DNA of 63,803 nucleotides, counting the filler, from Hausera hauseri (Eukaryota): assembly GCA_046269625.1 (NCBI GenBank). It is 11 parts of 11 records of this genome, joined end to end, with 100 filler letters (N's around TTAATTAATTAA, not from the genome) between each part and the next. Parts side by side here need not be neighbours in the genome. Positions count along the whole stretch, not along the records: positions 21,990 to 27,618 come from JBJURY010217855.1; positions 27,719 to 32,339 come from JBJURY010500797.1; positions 32,440 to 37,932 come from JBJURY010242960.1; 8 more parts are not named here. One strand, written 5' to 3'. The stretch's first letter is position 1; each line of letters begins with the position of its first letter. The notes under the pieces are model-generated. The model was not told the origin of the DNA, did no database searches, and was given only the letters and a program-made list of their open reading frames with translations. Shown here one piece after another: positions 22,922-35,792 of this stretch. Both the position numbers and the translations under genes were made by a program.

Positions 22922-25900
22922 TTACAATGCCACATGTCCGTGAGATAGTGTATGGTTTCCATCGCTTAGGATCTGCATCTTGTCATCCATCCAATCTAGG
23001 CTTTGCTTTTGCAGTGTTACTGTTTGGATGTTATGATCCCTAAATTATATCCTTCTCATTTCCGACATGATGTGAGCCTACTCCTGCAAAACTCTCACAT
23101 AGTCCTCAAAACTAATCTGCTTGGCCAATGTAGACCTTTGAACGCCCTTGCCTCTCTTTTTAATCTGGCCACATACGTCTAGAGCATACATTTTTGACCT
23201 AAGGGCTACAATTCTCTAGATGATTGCTCCATTCACCTCGTCTCTGAATTTCCAAAGGACTTTCTTATTGGCAATTGAATAGTTGGGATGATCCTTTGGA
23301 TAGTCCGAGGTATCCATGTGTTAAGCCAATTGGGCAAAGTCCTTATAAATATCCTCTGTATGGATCTGATAGATGAAGCTATCAGTATCCATATACATTA
23401 GCTGCATGGAGATGAACTTGGGCACCATGATATCATAATAAAATCTGTGCATTAGAGTCTTTGACAGGTTGAGGATTGCCATACCCACATATAAGGGCTT
23501 GTTGAATACCAATGCTGTTTTTAGCATATGGATGCAGACCAAGTTCTCCGTATATATGGTGGTGCTATAAAAGTTAGGCTTTGCAATAAGCTTCTTTGCC
23601 CGCTTCCAGTCACATACTATCTCAATGTTGATCCTATTGCGGATATTCTCCATAGTCTCGCCAAACACAGAGTTGATTTAAAGCTTGAACTAATCCTTCT
23701 CAAAGTCGTTCTTGGCATTAGTCCACAGCTTCGTATTGAGATCTATATATGACTGCAGCCACATGGACTGGCTGAACTGCAGGGATCTATGGATCTTGGT
23801 AATACGAAGTCCATATCTAATTGCCTGCTGGAGATTGATGCAGTGAACTACATACCTCTCCGTATTACCCAGATGACAGAGCAGCTTTCTCTCCTTTCCA
23901 CTGGGCGGAGGCCTGCTCTCAGGGAGGGAAGGCAGCTGTTGATACCTTGCGTGGATGGAAGCCGGACATTACATATCTACCTCCAGTATGTATCCCGTAT
24001 CTCCAGTGGGATCTAGGTCCAGTATAGGGATGTCTCCAGGATTCTCGTCCCATTTGAAGTTATCGTATGGCAGTGGGACGCTCATTGCCCATCCATACAA
24101 GTATATGAATATTCCTTTGTTGAGTCGTACTCCGTCATATACTTGTTGTTGGCCTCACTATACCGGTGAATGGCCTGGCATATTCCGCCTCTAATGCCTG
24201 TTTCAATTATAAGAATCATGTAGTAATCCTCAATGATCTGGAGCCTAATACTAGTGTTTTTAATAAAGTTATATAGTCATAGGGAAACACGCCTTTCCTC
24301 TTGACTAGGTCAAATGCAGTGGGGAAGAACCGCTTCGTCTCCTTGAGTTCTTCTGCAGGGAGGTTCTTCACTAAACTATCCGGTGACGAGCTTATGAAGC
24401 GGAAGCTCTTTATGAAGCGAAGTTTAACCCATATGCTTGGTGAAAGTGATGTATTTTTCATCACTATTGGGAACGAAATCAATGTTCCCATCAATGTTGC
24501 CCAGTTCCCGAACAATGAAGTGGGAATCATAGCCACTGAGTTTGTGGAACACTACAGGCACATATGTACATGTTTTGCAACGCAGATTGCAGTTATTGCA
24601 TGCTGCGCCCCGATATGTGCCTGTAAAATGGCAATGATCCTTGACTTTATGATTTTCCTTGGTGAATGATTTGTCGCACAAGTAACATGTTGTTGCCCTG
24701 CGCCATTCTTTAGCTTGTTTCCACGACATGCTCATATGATCCTTATGCTGCTGAAGCATGTTTTCAAGCTTATGAGCCATATCTTCAAGTCGCTTCATGA
24801 AACGTGCTGCTTCGTCTTGAACCCTGAATAGAAATGGTTCACTGTCCAGTCCGTTGGCATACATGCAATACGATGAGAGTTCATGATATTGGTATGCCGT
24901 TGTGCTTCTATGTTGAGGACTGGGATTGCATCTGTGAATTGGCCGGAGAATAGCTTCAAAGTCGCAATAGATAACTATTGTGACCTTGATCTTCTTCTCG
25001 AACTCCTTGAATTCAATATAGACCTCCTTGGGAAATTCTGGTCTTACACAGTAATTGTTTTTGCAGCACATTTTGTGCTCTGAAAGCTTGTCCACTGCTG
25101 TATCACCACTGAAATGGGAAAAGCATCGTCTACATATTTCTATTTGCCCATGATGATTAGTAATTTGGAATCTGACTGGACGCTCAAAATTCTTGATCCA
25201 AACATAATGTTTCTTTTCTCCATCGTCTAGTATGAGCAGATCCCTATGATCTTCCAATTCAGTATCATATATCTGCAGGGGATAAAATTTGTCCTCCTCA
25301 TCTAATCCAATGATGCTGATGGAAATGTTGTTGATTCGGCTGAACTTCTTAATTTCATCTATGGATGGAGGGAATGTGATACATTGGAAATCATAGTTGT
25401 GCTTCAGATCATTATATAGCCAAACTCGATCTGCTGCATGTTTTTGAACCAGTACGAGTTTTGATAGAATGGCATATATGAAACACTTGTTGTCATTATT
25501 ATGGGCATTGACACGTGATTTTTATTAGCAATCCATTCCGACAGCTGAATATAAGAACTGTCCCGCATTGGAGAGTACTTGTAAACTACACAAGCAAACT
25601 CTTGATGGTTGCCAGAGTCCATCCGCTTTTCTTACTCTGGCTCTCATCCGCTTCACGGATCAGCTTTGTATGCTTTTCATGCAGCCATTCTACTACATTG
25701 GTGGCTTCAAAAATGGGTATATTTCTGGTCTTGAAGGCCCTTTTGGACTTTTCGCCATCAACATTGACGTATGTGGCCTCAAGTTTCATATTAGCCTTAA
25801 TGACCTTGAGCTCAACTATGTTGTCCTGGAGAATCCCCTCTGTTTCTTCCTCTGTGTACTCCAGGAACTCCTTGATGTTTGTTTAGCAAGTTGCATGAAT

Positions 25901-26558
25901 GACATATTTTCGGCATTTTTTCTTTAATGCTACAGCATCAACTGGCCGCTCTCTGTGACTCTTTGATGGAGCCGGTACGCTTGATGCGTCGGATGCATAT
26001 TATAGTCCTGCATCTGGCTTTACTGCAGGCTGTGATACCGCAGGCTGTGGTACTACAGGTACTGCAGGTTGTGCAACTGGCTTATGTTTATTAAAGATGA
26101 TCTTCCTTGACTTTGACGCGAAGTCAGTCAAATGATGATTGTGATCTTCATAAAACTGTATGTATTCTCCATCACATACAGTCTCACATCCTGGGCATAT
26201 ATAATAAATGATCCTGTTGAATTTGTGTCCATAATAGCTCCTCATGGCATTGTGGCAATTCTGAGGGTTGTATACTGCACATGTGCAATACACATATGAA
26301 CTGCATCTTTGATTTTCCTTTAAAGTCGTCATTGGTATATTGGTACTGAATATGTTTTTTCGACTTGGTGAAGGAAATCAAGTGCTGTTAATAAACATTG
26401 TAAAAGTCTTTATAATAGATTTGGCACACCACCTCACATGTATGGCATATGTAATACTAAATCCTGTTGTACATATGGCCAAAGTACTTCTTCATAACAT
26501 TGTGGCAATTTTTCGGCTCGTGGATTTGAAACAAACATTCGCTGTAAAGTTTGCACAT
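22922..26558 (-). pseudogene. Polinton/Maverick-type pPolB polyprotein (Cys/His modules, N-terminal domain, endonuclease VII-like Zn motif, exonuclease, polymerase), decayed
   Basis: HYVWIKNF, ICRRCF, IYCDFE (Exo I), CYLC...DHCHFTGTYRGAACNNCNL, KRKGVFPYDY, LYGWAMS.PLP, NSVFGETMEN, YMDTDSF, DDK..GH. The in-frame copy 52540-53106 shows that ORF 26000-26332 is the N-terminus of the same protein. Confidence 0.9.
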
Positions 26559-27718
26559 CTAAAATCAACCAATTATTTGAGGTGCACAATTAAAAAAGTC
26601 ACCATTCGTTGAAGTGATTTTGCAAATAATGAAATATATTGCCATATCACCATGTACTGCCTCGCTTATTGATAGGCTTTAATGCGCTTTTGTTTTAATG
26701 CATCAGTTAAATTAAATAGAAGGCGGCACCAAATTCAAGCAGGTTTTCGACCATGGGGAATCGATTGAAGCCATCATATTCTTCGAATAATGCATGCTTG
26801 ACCGAGTTTTCGAGTTCAAATAGATAAGTATTCGACTTGTAAACTCGAACTTGAATACCTGGTGCCATATTCCGATTCAACATGGATAACTTCCTATCCA
26901 GCCCACTACTAGATTTATTGATTTCCGCTTTACTGGGCTTTAAATGCAGATTTTGTTTAATTTGAAATATTGATTTTATATCTATATAATACATTTTCAC
27001 GGAATAATTTTTATGCATTAGGGAGTTTTCATATATGCCGAATCGATTGCCGCTGTTGGGTTTTTCAAATAGTTCGATATTCTATATTCGAGCCAAAAAT
27101 ATTCGAATTTCGAATATTTGACTCGAGATTCAAGATCACCATACTCAATTTCCTATCTGTCCCCGGTAATTATAATATCTAATTTTGCTTCCTTAGGACC
27201 TAAAAAATCTATGCGCGTTCTCCATCAGTTGCACTTTGGATTGATATTATTCGAAATCGGCTCCATAAATTTAAATTCTAACTGCACATTCATATAGTAC
27301 ATCGTATTTCCAATCGATTGCACCCGGTCACGTGTCCTAATAATCAATATCGGAAATATCGGAAATGCCATATTATTGATTTTTGCACACTTGCACACAT
27401 GTTTTTGCACTGCACACCACATATCAAAGTGTACCTCGATGTGCTCTATCTACCTGCACTTGTCCCCAATCGATTCCATCAATCCTACGCTGCACAGTGA
27501 CCAAAATATAAAAAGTGAAAAAGTGCCTTGGCAACCGTATCCAAGATAATACCTTACTCGAGTATTGCACTGATCGATAGTACATCAAGTACTGCACCCG
27601 CCAGTATATGTGCCATATNNNNNNNNNNNNNNNNNNNNNNNNNNNNNNNNNNNNNNNNNNNNTTAATTAATTAANNNNNNNNNNNNNNNNNNNNNNNNNN
27701 NNNNNNNNNNNNNNNNNN

Positions 27719-28390
27719 TGTGGGTCGCTCCGAGGTTCTGCCGGGACAATGGTTCTCTCTGTGGAAAGACGCTGGACATGCCATCACACATCACTCTTTC
27801 TCCGTCTCAGGCTCCGTCCTTTTGAATGTCTGTATCTCCGCGTGTCTTCTGAGGGAAAATGCCTATCACATGGATAGGTTGACGCTGAAGGGGAAAAGCG
27901 AGCGCTGCAATGAGAGACGCAGAGTGAGAGATATGAAGCGCTGGGAGATAACTGTCCTTTCAGAGCCTCGACATCAAACTGTTGAACACATCTGCAGCTA
28001 ACCTGAACCTGCAAAATATTCCGTTTATCAGCCTTTGTGGGCTTTTTCTGGGAGTTTTTCGGACAGGATGGCCATCCTGCGATAAGCGTTTCACATTCGG
28101 TGGTAGCCAGAAGGCTGCTGAGGCTGCTGGGAAGTCTAATCAGTCTCTTTCCACCTGCCTCCATCGCACTCTTTCAAGTGAGTTACTGATCCACTTCTGG
28201 ACAGAAATCATATGTTTATTTTGTTTTCTCTCTCGCAGCAAACTTTTGCCTCAAAAATTGAATTTGATGCCCAGGGGCAGGATGGAAAATTGGGCGTACA
28301 TTGAACAGCCGTATGAAAACACAAAACATAAATGACAACACATACAGCATGAACAGACAGGTTCAAAATATCATATTCAGGCTGTGAACG
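27719..28390. other. GC-richer, vertebrate-like genomic fragment joined to the AT-rich element
   Basis: Abrupt composition change near 28390-28415; possible minus-strand terminal exon after TCATTGCAG reading RSLFPFSVNLSM*. Gene not identified. Confidence 0.45.
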
Positions 28391-28415
28391 AATTGTCACC
28401 CTAAATAATAAAGAT

Positions 28416-29304
28416 TTATGAAAAATCAATCAAAAAGGATACATAAGAAATTATTTCCCACCTGTCCTTACTTATTAAATATCAATGTTAATAACATACC
28501 ACTTACGGACAATTTTGTTAAACAACCTGATCTGGATCCGGATACCGATTATGATGCGGCAATACCAGCGCGTATAGTTTATGTAGTGGATAACACAGCT
28601 AAAGATAATGCATATTCGATTTCAAACACGGTGCAAAAGAGAAAATTTACTTTTAAAGGAAACAAGAATATCAAACATTTAGACAGACAAGGATTGATAT
28701 TGATATACAAGGAAGAAGCACAATATGTTAAGTGTACTATATGTCTAAAAGAAACATACTGGTTGGAAAATATCGACCAACGATGTCCGAAAAGCTTACA
28801 CACTAACTTATGTGAGTATTCAATATACAGAATTCCTAACAATCATACAAAGAGACGATGTCGAGTGCAATTCGACATTGGAAATTTATATGAAAGTTAT
28901 CAAGATAATCCAGTAGCTACGTCAGTAATATCTCGAAATCCAACAAAACGTGAATATATTTATATCAATACATTAAATATAGAACTGAAACTCAACCAGA
29001 TTGGTCATTAAATGTATTTGAATTACTTCAGAATCTGAATTTTATTCCTCCAGAGAAAGAAAGGGAACCTGGACGAAATGTACTGGACAACCTTTACTTA
29101 CGCGATCTAGAATGTGTAATTTGTTATGTAAACGTATCACAAATTATCTTCCTACTATGTGGTCATTTAAAAACATGTGAGCTATGTTCCATTCAAGCAA
29201 CAGATTGCCCAGTTTGTAGAAGTATTACAGAAAGACGAGTGACTTATTTCCAATTTCCGGATAGAAATAATAAAATAATCGTATTTGATATGGTTATTGA
29301 TTAA
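28416..29304 (+). pseudogene. Second, diverged copy of the IAP-like gene (end of BIR1, BIR2, RING)
   Basis: Colinear with 20870-21750: IPLTD.FVK.PDLD, SNTVQKRK.TF, YVKCTICL, YQD.PVATSV, LNFIPP.KEREP, LECVICYV...GHLKTCE.C...CPVCRS. Confidence 0.88.
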
Positions 29305-29405
29305 TAACCAATGTTACTTTGATTTTTGTGAATAAATATTTATTAGTACAAATGTGTTATATCAAATTAAATAAACGTATTATAGCATGTAGGAATATCG
29401 ACAGT

Positions 29406-29894
29406 ATGACACTAGCCGATCTTGATAGATGGACAACTCAATTGTTAACCATAAGGGACCAACCACCTAAAGTGGCGTATGGATGGTATAAATCGTACAA
29501 CGACCCTCTACTCGACAGAATAATTGAGTTGGTATATTCCAAGTATTTATAAATGATCGCTGTTAAAATTGATGAGAAGGTCGAGTGCGAAACCCTACCA
29601 CGAGTGATTGCCAATATGTATCAAATGCAACTAATCGATGATAGTTATTACCAAAGAATTCAATATTTGATGTTAATACTAAAAGAAAAGGAGGAAGAAG
29701 TAGAAAGGAAATGCACAGATATTGGTCATACAATTTGGACTTGCTCAAGTTGTGGAAAAAATCAGTCTAATACAATTTATTTACCATGTGGACACATTAT
29801 CCATTGTAAGAACTGTATTCCTAAAGATTTCATGATATCAAAATGTACTGTGTGTGAATTGCCTATAGATGAAATCTGTACTATATACACATAA
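29406..29894 (+). pseudogene. Helical domain plus IAP/MDM2-type RING protein, cargo 6 (one in-frame stop)
   Basis: ORFs 29319-29552 and 29553-29894 share a frame; CSSC...YLPCGHIIHCKNC...CTVC. Confidence 0.8.
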
Positions 29895-29929
29895 TAAAAT
29901 GGCTAGTTATTTAGATTTTTCCAACAACA

Positions 29930-32339
29930 ATGGCGTAAGGAAATCAGTACAATACCCGATCTCGAGGACGACTATTACAGAATCAGACAAAAGCAATAAA
30001 TGAAATTAACTCGAACGAGGAAGATATTAACTTTGCCAATAACACAGACACTTCAAGCACAGCTTCGGCTCCAGACATATCAATCGATAATAATTCATTA
30101 CAATTATCTCCTACTCCAGTGCAACATCATTGGGTACGAGGAGCTAACGGGAGGCAAAGGCCATCTCGAGGACAGTACCGCAATACATCTAACTCCAGAC
30201 AATTAACACAGAGAATAATTAATCATGAAATAGATTGTCAAAAACGTCACGAAGCACACCAAATAATTGAGGATGATCTAAGAGCAAGACAAAAGTGGAC
30301 AGATAACCATATCCAAGAGCTGGCGGACGAAATACACAATATACCTCGACAAAGAAAAGACGATATAATAGACTCGGATATCGTGAATAATGGGTTAAGA
30401 TTGGATAGAGTCAAAGAAAGAACTGCGCAAATAGAACAAAGGGTGAATGATATAAATTTAAATGAATTGGCAGGGAGAAGTACTTAGTTGGAACAGAATG
30501 TAAACACCAATACTAGACAAATATTTAATTTACGATATCAAACTGAAGATTGCAGGACTATGATACAAAGAAATTAAGAACAGATTGATAATAACGAAAG
30601 ACAAGTAAGACAAAGGATAGGCGAAATACAAGATCGAGTAGCAATTATAGTAGATGAACAGGAACAATTTTCAGGAAGAAAATAATTGTATCAGAAATTG
30701 AATATAGATATTAACACGGGGAATAGACCAGTTAAATGAACGGGTTGGACAAGTAAGGGTAGAGGAAATGATATCTCGACGACAAGAAGAAGTACAATCA
30801 CCAGAGTTTTCAATAGACGTAGATTCTATACCTTGTTAAATTTCTGACACTGATAGTAACAACATGTATCCGCAAGGGAATAACCAAGGGCCAGCGGCCC
30901 ACCGCGAAGAGTATGGTTGTAACAACGTCGGTTGTGGTTTACCAAATGGTGATGAGAGAAGAAGGGAAGAAAAATACCAGTTACTGCCTTGTCTTCAACC
31001 ATACGAAGGACGAGTATCAGAGTTGGAAGACTTCCTAGATGAAAACGATTCTTTGGCTACAGCTATGCATTGGGATGATGCAAATAAAATATCCATGTTA
31101 CCAGTACATGTGAATAGTGATTTCAGAACGGCAATAACCCGTCTACCTAGATTGGATAATGAAACTTGGGCTCGTTATAGAGAAAAAATTTTACGAAATC
31201 AACAGGTCAATATACAAGAAGATAGATATTTAAAATTTCAAAATTGTAAACAGAAACCAAATAAGGAAGTTTTAACTTATATTAACAGGTTCAAAACGAC
31301 AATGAATATATATTTTGGTCCTAATGTGGATGCTTGCAGCGCTATGATTATGAAGCAGTTTGTACCTGGGGTCCTACCACCCTTACGAGAAGGAGTTAAA
31401 TTTTATACAGCTAACAATATTAATGAATTAATTGATTATACACGAAAAATGGCGACTCGAGTGGACGAAGCACCTTTATGGACTAATCAAACACAAGTAG
31501 CAGCAGTAGCTACAACACCACAATTGGTACGACCCTACGTACCAAATCGTAGTAGTTCACCTTGGAGAGACCCTTCAAGAAGTCAAAGCCCTAACCAACA
31601 AAGTAATAATACACCACAGCGAAGTAATACCCCAGAAAGAGGAAATTATAGTCAATCACCCAGGAACTATAACAATAACCAAAGAGATACACAATACCAA
31701 CGAAACAGAGGAAACTATGATGATCGACCACGAAATAATACAGGATATGACAGAGCACGAGTTTATTCAAGAGACAGAAATGATAACAGAAATATATTTC
31801 TTAGCAGAGAAAAATAGAACAATGACCGAAATTCCAATCGTTACGAAAATAAAAATAATCAAATGAGCTCATACTATAGACAATAAGATAGTCAAACATG
31901 ATATCCACGAGACGATAGCCGAACGCCATATCCCAATAATCGCTCAGAAGGTGCAAGACCTAGCTATTTTAATGATAGACGAAATGAAAGTCGTGAGATA
32001 TTTAGAAGGGGATGACAGCCGAGAACGATATGGTGGATTTAATAGAAATGACAGCAGAGAAAGAAATAACCAACAAGGTGATAGTAGAGATAGGTATAAT
32101 TCTGATAACAGAAACAGATATAACGATTCAAGATCAGGAAACCTCGATAGAAGACGTGATTATACGCCACCTCGACGAGAATCGGAGATATAATAGGAAT
32201 ACTAGTCCATATCCACCAAGAAATCGAAACCAAACTCCTTCCCCGAGACCAAATAACAATAACGACAGATACACTCGACCATTAGATTATGATAACAGAC
32301 GAAATGATTCAGCAATAAATAAAAGCATTTCCGCACCTA
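29930..32339 (+). pseudogene. Long Gag of a large Ty3/gypsy element (YNTRSR N-terminus, coiled coil, capsid domain, R/N/S/D-rich tail), cut by the gap
   Basis: Capsid-like LQPYEG...LEDFL...WDDANKI...TWARYREKI...KQKPNKEVLTYINRF...MKQFVPG in 30864-31817; upstream coiled-coil ORF in frame with the ATG at 29930. Confidence 0.78.
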
Positions 32340-32444
32340 NNNNNNNNNNNNNNNNNNNNNNNNNNNNNNNNNNNNNNNNNNNNTTAATTAATTAANNNNN
32401 NNNNNNNNNNNNNNNNNNNNNNNNNNNNNNNNNNNNNNNGTGTT

Positions 32445-35400
32445 TTATTTCAACCTCCAATGTCCATATGTCCAACTCTTATTCCACCCCACCCACTTTC
32501 ACTTATCATCGTTGCATTACAAAACGACTTTCGCACTAGTTACTGTGTACAGCTGGTGCTCAATCGATCGGATGATCGTTTGAGAAACAACAGCCTTTGA
32601 TTGTCCTTCTTCTTCTTCTTCATAGATACGGGGATAATCACCGTGGTCGATTTCCATCTGTCTCAGCTGGACTCCTTTTGCCCGCATTTTCGGTCCACAG
32701 TCCGTCAGAAGACTGTAGCACTTTGGGCTTAGGAATATCCATTCCTGATACTGAATCCGACCTTCACTTTTATCCTTGAAGCAGCCGATTTTGTTGGTGA
32801 TCCAGGTGCTGTACAACAGATGATCCGGTGGGTAGTTTGACGTGTCCAGTAGTCCATTTGCCATCATTTGCCGGAGCTGTTGGTCGCGATTAACGTTTTT
32901 CTACTCAAGGAAAAAGCTGTCTGTGTTATCGGCAACGATACTGATCTCACAGCCGTCGAACATTTGCCTGTAACGTGCCAAGTCGCGATACAGGAGCTTG
33001 TACATTCGCAACTTGCTCAGGTCTAATACCACTTGTCCGACGTAACTTAGCCGGCCTTGAACGACTTCTTCCCAGTTTAACAGCACTGCAACCAATCCAT
33101 GGGCAATGTGCACTGACCGCCTGAACTGAACCTTGTTGGTGTACTTAATCAGCTGCTTTTCGTTGTTACATAGGCACACATTGAGTCCCTTTTTGAGATT
33201 CTCTACTGTTTTGCCATAGAAAGAATTATTTTTCAACTTGTAGTAGTTCTTTCTGAACTTTGTACAAGCTGCAGCTCGTTTCTCTCAATTTCCGTCAATG
33301 TATGCCTTGAATATCGGTGCCTGATTTAAGCGGATTGCGAGATGCAGCTGTGTGACGCGTACACCGGGCTGCATGTAAAACTGCAGTAGACGCCAATAAA
33401 CCACGTAATTTGATTTGAGTTCATGTGTCATGAGCAGTTTCTTTACTTTTGAGCCCGGCGGACATTGGCTGATTGGTGCCACGGGTAATTCGTCCAGAGC
33501 GTCGTGCAGCTAATCTGGTACCAAAAGATCGACTTCCATTAGGTAGCCTACTGAGCTGCTTTCTGTCGTGTTTGCTGGCATACTATCCAGAAATGTATCC
33601 ACTTTTTGTTTGTCTATTATCCATTCAAGTGAACCATACGGCAAGGGTTGCGAAAGCGCCCAGCCGTACAGGTTATTAATATCGATGTACAACATTGACG
33701 TTGTATCATCGTCATCACTGGTTAGATGATGCTTGTTCACAAATATCATGCCGCCACGAATGCCAACGTAAAACAGTCGGTACATTTCCGTGTCTTGTAG
33801 CAGTTCAATGTCCCGACCCAGTGTTGTTAGTGCCGATGCACAACTCATTCCCGGTATTGGGTAAAAGTTGAGAAGTTCCAACCTATCTTCCTCCAACGCT
33901 TTAGCCCGATATGTCTGAGACACATCGGCTAATAGGTACACATTGAGCTTTAGATACTGAAGCATGTAGTCCAACATGTTACTACAACCGAGCTCTGTCC
34001 AAGATTCCTGTGCTCTCTGATATTCATCTTCTGTGATACCTGTCCATAGCGGCGGTAATTCCTCTGTTGTCCGGAGTCGCTAATATGACACGGCAAAGTC
34101 ATACGGGAATATGCCTTTGCGGCGTGCAGTATGTGTGGGGAACCGGGTAAGTGTTAGCGGCACCTCCGACAAGGCATTTACGAGCTTTGCTAGAGACTCA
34201 TTGAGGAATTGCAATGAGTCAAGAAACCATACCTGAAACCGGTTTATGCGTTCCGATAGGGACAGGTACTTCTCCATCGTTTTTGGGATTATGGATAGCT
34301 GCCAGTGCGGAAATACGTTTATGGCCCATTTCAGAATATGGTGACAGTTATTACCCCTTAAGTTATAAAATATCGCCGGCAGGAATGGCCGCACACGTCT
34401 TGCCAAATTGCATGCATTGCATGCTGCTCCCAAGTATCGATCGGTAAAATGGTCGTGATCCGGTACGAGCCGTTCCGGTAATATTTTGTTGCAAAGGTAA
34501 TATTCGTCGGTGGCTGCAAACGTCAGGCGTTCATCTTCATCTGTCCAAATCAGGTCTTTGGTGCTGTTATTGCGATACCACGGTGCCATTTCCGTTTCTA
34601 CTATCGTTTCCAAATGTTGCAGAAAATCACGCACACGAATCCAGCCGTGAAATGCGTAATACTGCGGCTGACCGACCGCTTTTATTGGTATAATCAACAT
34701 ATCAACGGCGATTGGAACGTGTTTTTGATCATACACGTTGTGCCGTGGTAAAATTGTTTGAATATCGGCATATACCACATACGCCGAACTGTCTGTTTTT
34801 GACCAATCTGTAAACCTGAGTTCCTTTTTGACGGGCATGATATACATTGTGGCTCCCAGTGAATTTTGTCTGCACAGAGTTACATGTTTCTCCCGTGATG
34901 TTTCCGACCTGAACTTATGCAGACATACAGGACACCATTTACATTTAATACGCTTTTGAACAAATTGATGGTGATTCATGTTAAGTAGTCTGTCCAAGTT
35001 GGTTACTGTCACGTAATGAAATTTATCTGCTTGCTCCAGTAGCAACAAATTTACTACTAAGTTACCATTTGGGTTCCGACTTCGATAGAGTATATCTACA
35101 TGAGGGTTTTCGTAAATTTCTGCATCCGTCGATATTTCGAGGACTGTGTTGTACCGAAACACGTTGATTGTCAGTGTCGGATTACGTCGTTCAAAAGCCG
35201 GAATGGATTTCAGTTTCATCGGCATTTAGTTTTTATCGAAATCCAATTCGGAAAAATATTTCTGATACTGTTTTGGACAAAATGCACTATGTCTGTCCAC
35301 TTCGTCGTATTTTAATACCACCAGAATACTGTAAAGAAAATAGTATTTATCGTTGGTATTTTTTACTTTTACTACCGCCAGAGACTGCTTCAGAGCTTCA

Positions 35401-35792
35401 GGTGTCGGTATGAATGATCGTCCAGACAAAAGTATCGCATCACTCGACTTTGTTATGATAAAGCCGGGAGTGACATTTTCCATAATTCGCCATCAACTAC
35501 CCTTTTCAGTTTAGTTGACGATTTTCTCTTTGAGCTTTTTGCCTACGTCGGCAATAAAATTTTCAGCATATGGTATGACTCGATGAGACAGGTACCATTG
35601 TTTCCTGTCACCTTCCAAATTTTCAAATTCTGCAAGTGCATAATATTGCACTTTGCGGTAGTGTTGTTGGAATTTGGCCACCTCTATTTCCAACCGGTTA
35701 CGCACGTGAGCGGGTACATCCTTCAGTTGCGTTGCTGTTTTTGCCGTCATGTTCACCTTCATGTCTACGTACGAAGAAATATGTGGGGCCAA
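32445..35792 (-). pseudogene. Second-family Polinton-type pPolB, decayed
   Basis: FERRNP.LTINVF, HYVTVTNLDRL, WCPVCL, VVYADIQ, DHDHFTDRYLGAACNACNL, FLDSLQFL, RKGIFPY, YIDINNLYGWALSQPLP, KNNSFYGKTVEN, DNTDSFF. Confidence 0.9.

Noticed and set aside
19018-29894. RING/IAP genes as part of a baculovirus, nudivirus or giant virus
   Set aside because: They lie between a tRNA PBS and a gag-like gene, carry splice-like signals, and no viral core genes are adjacent.
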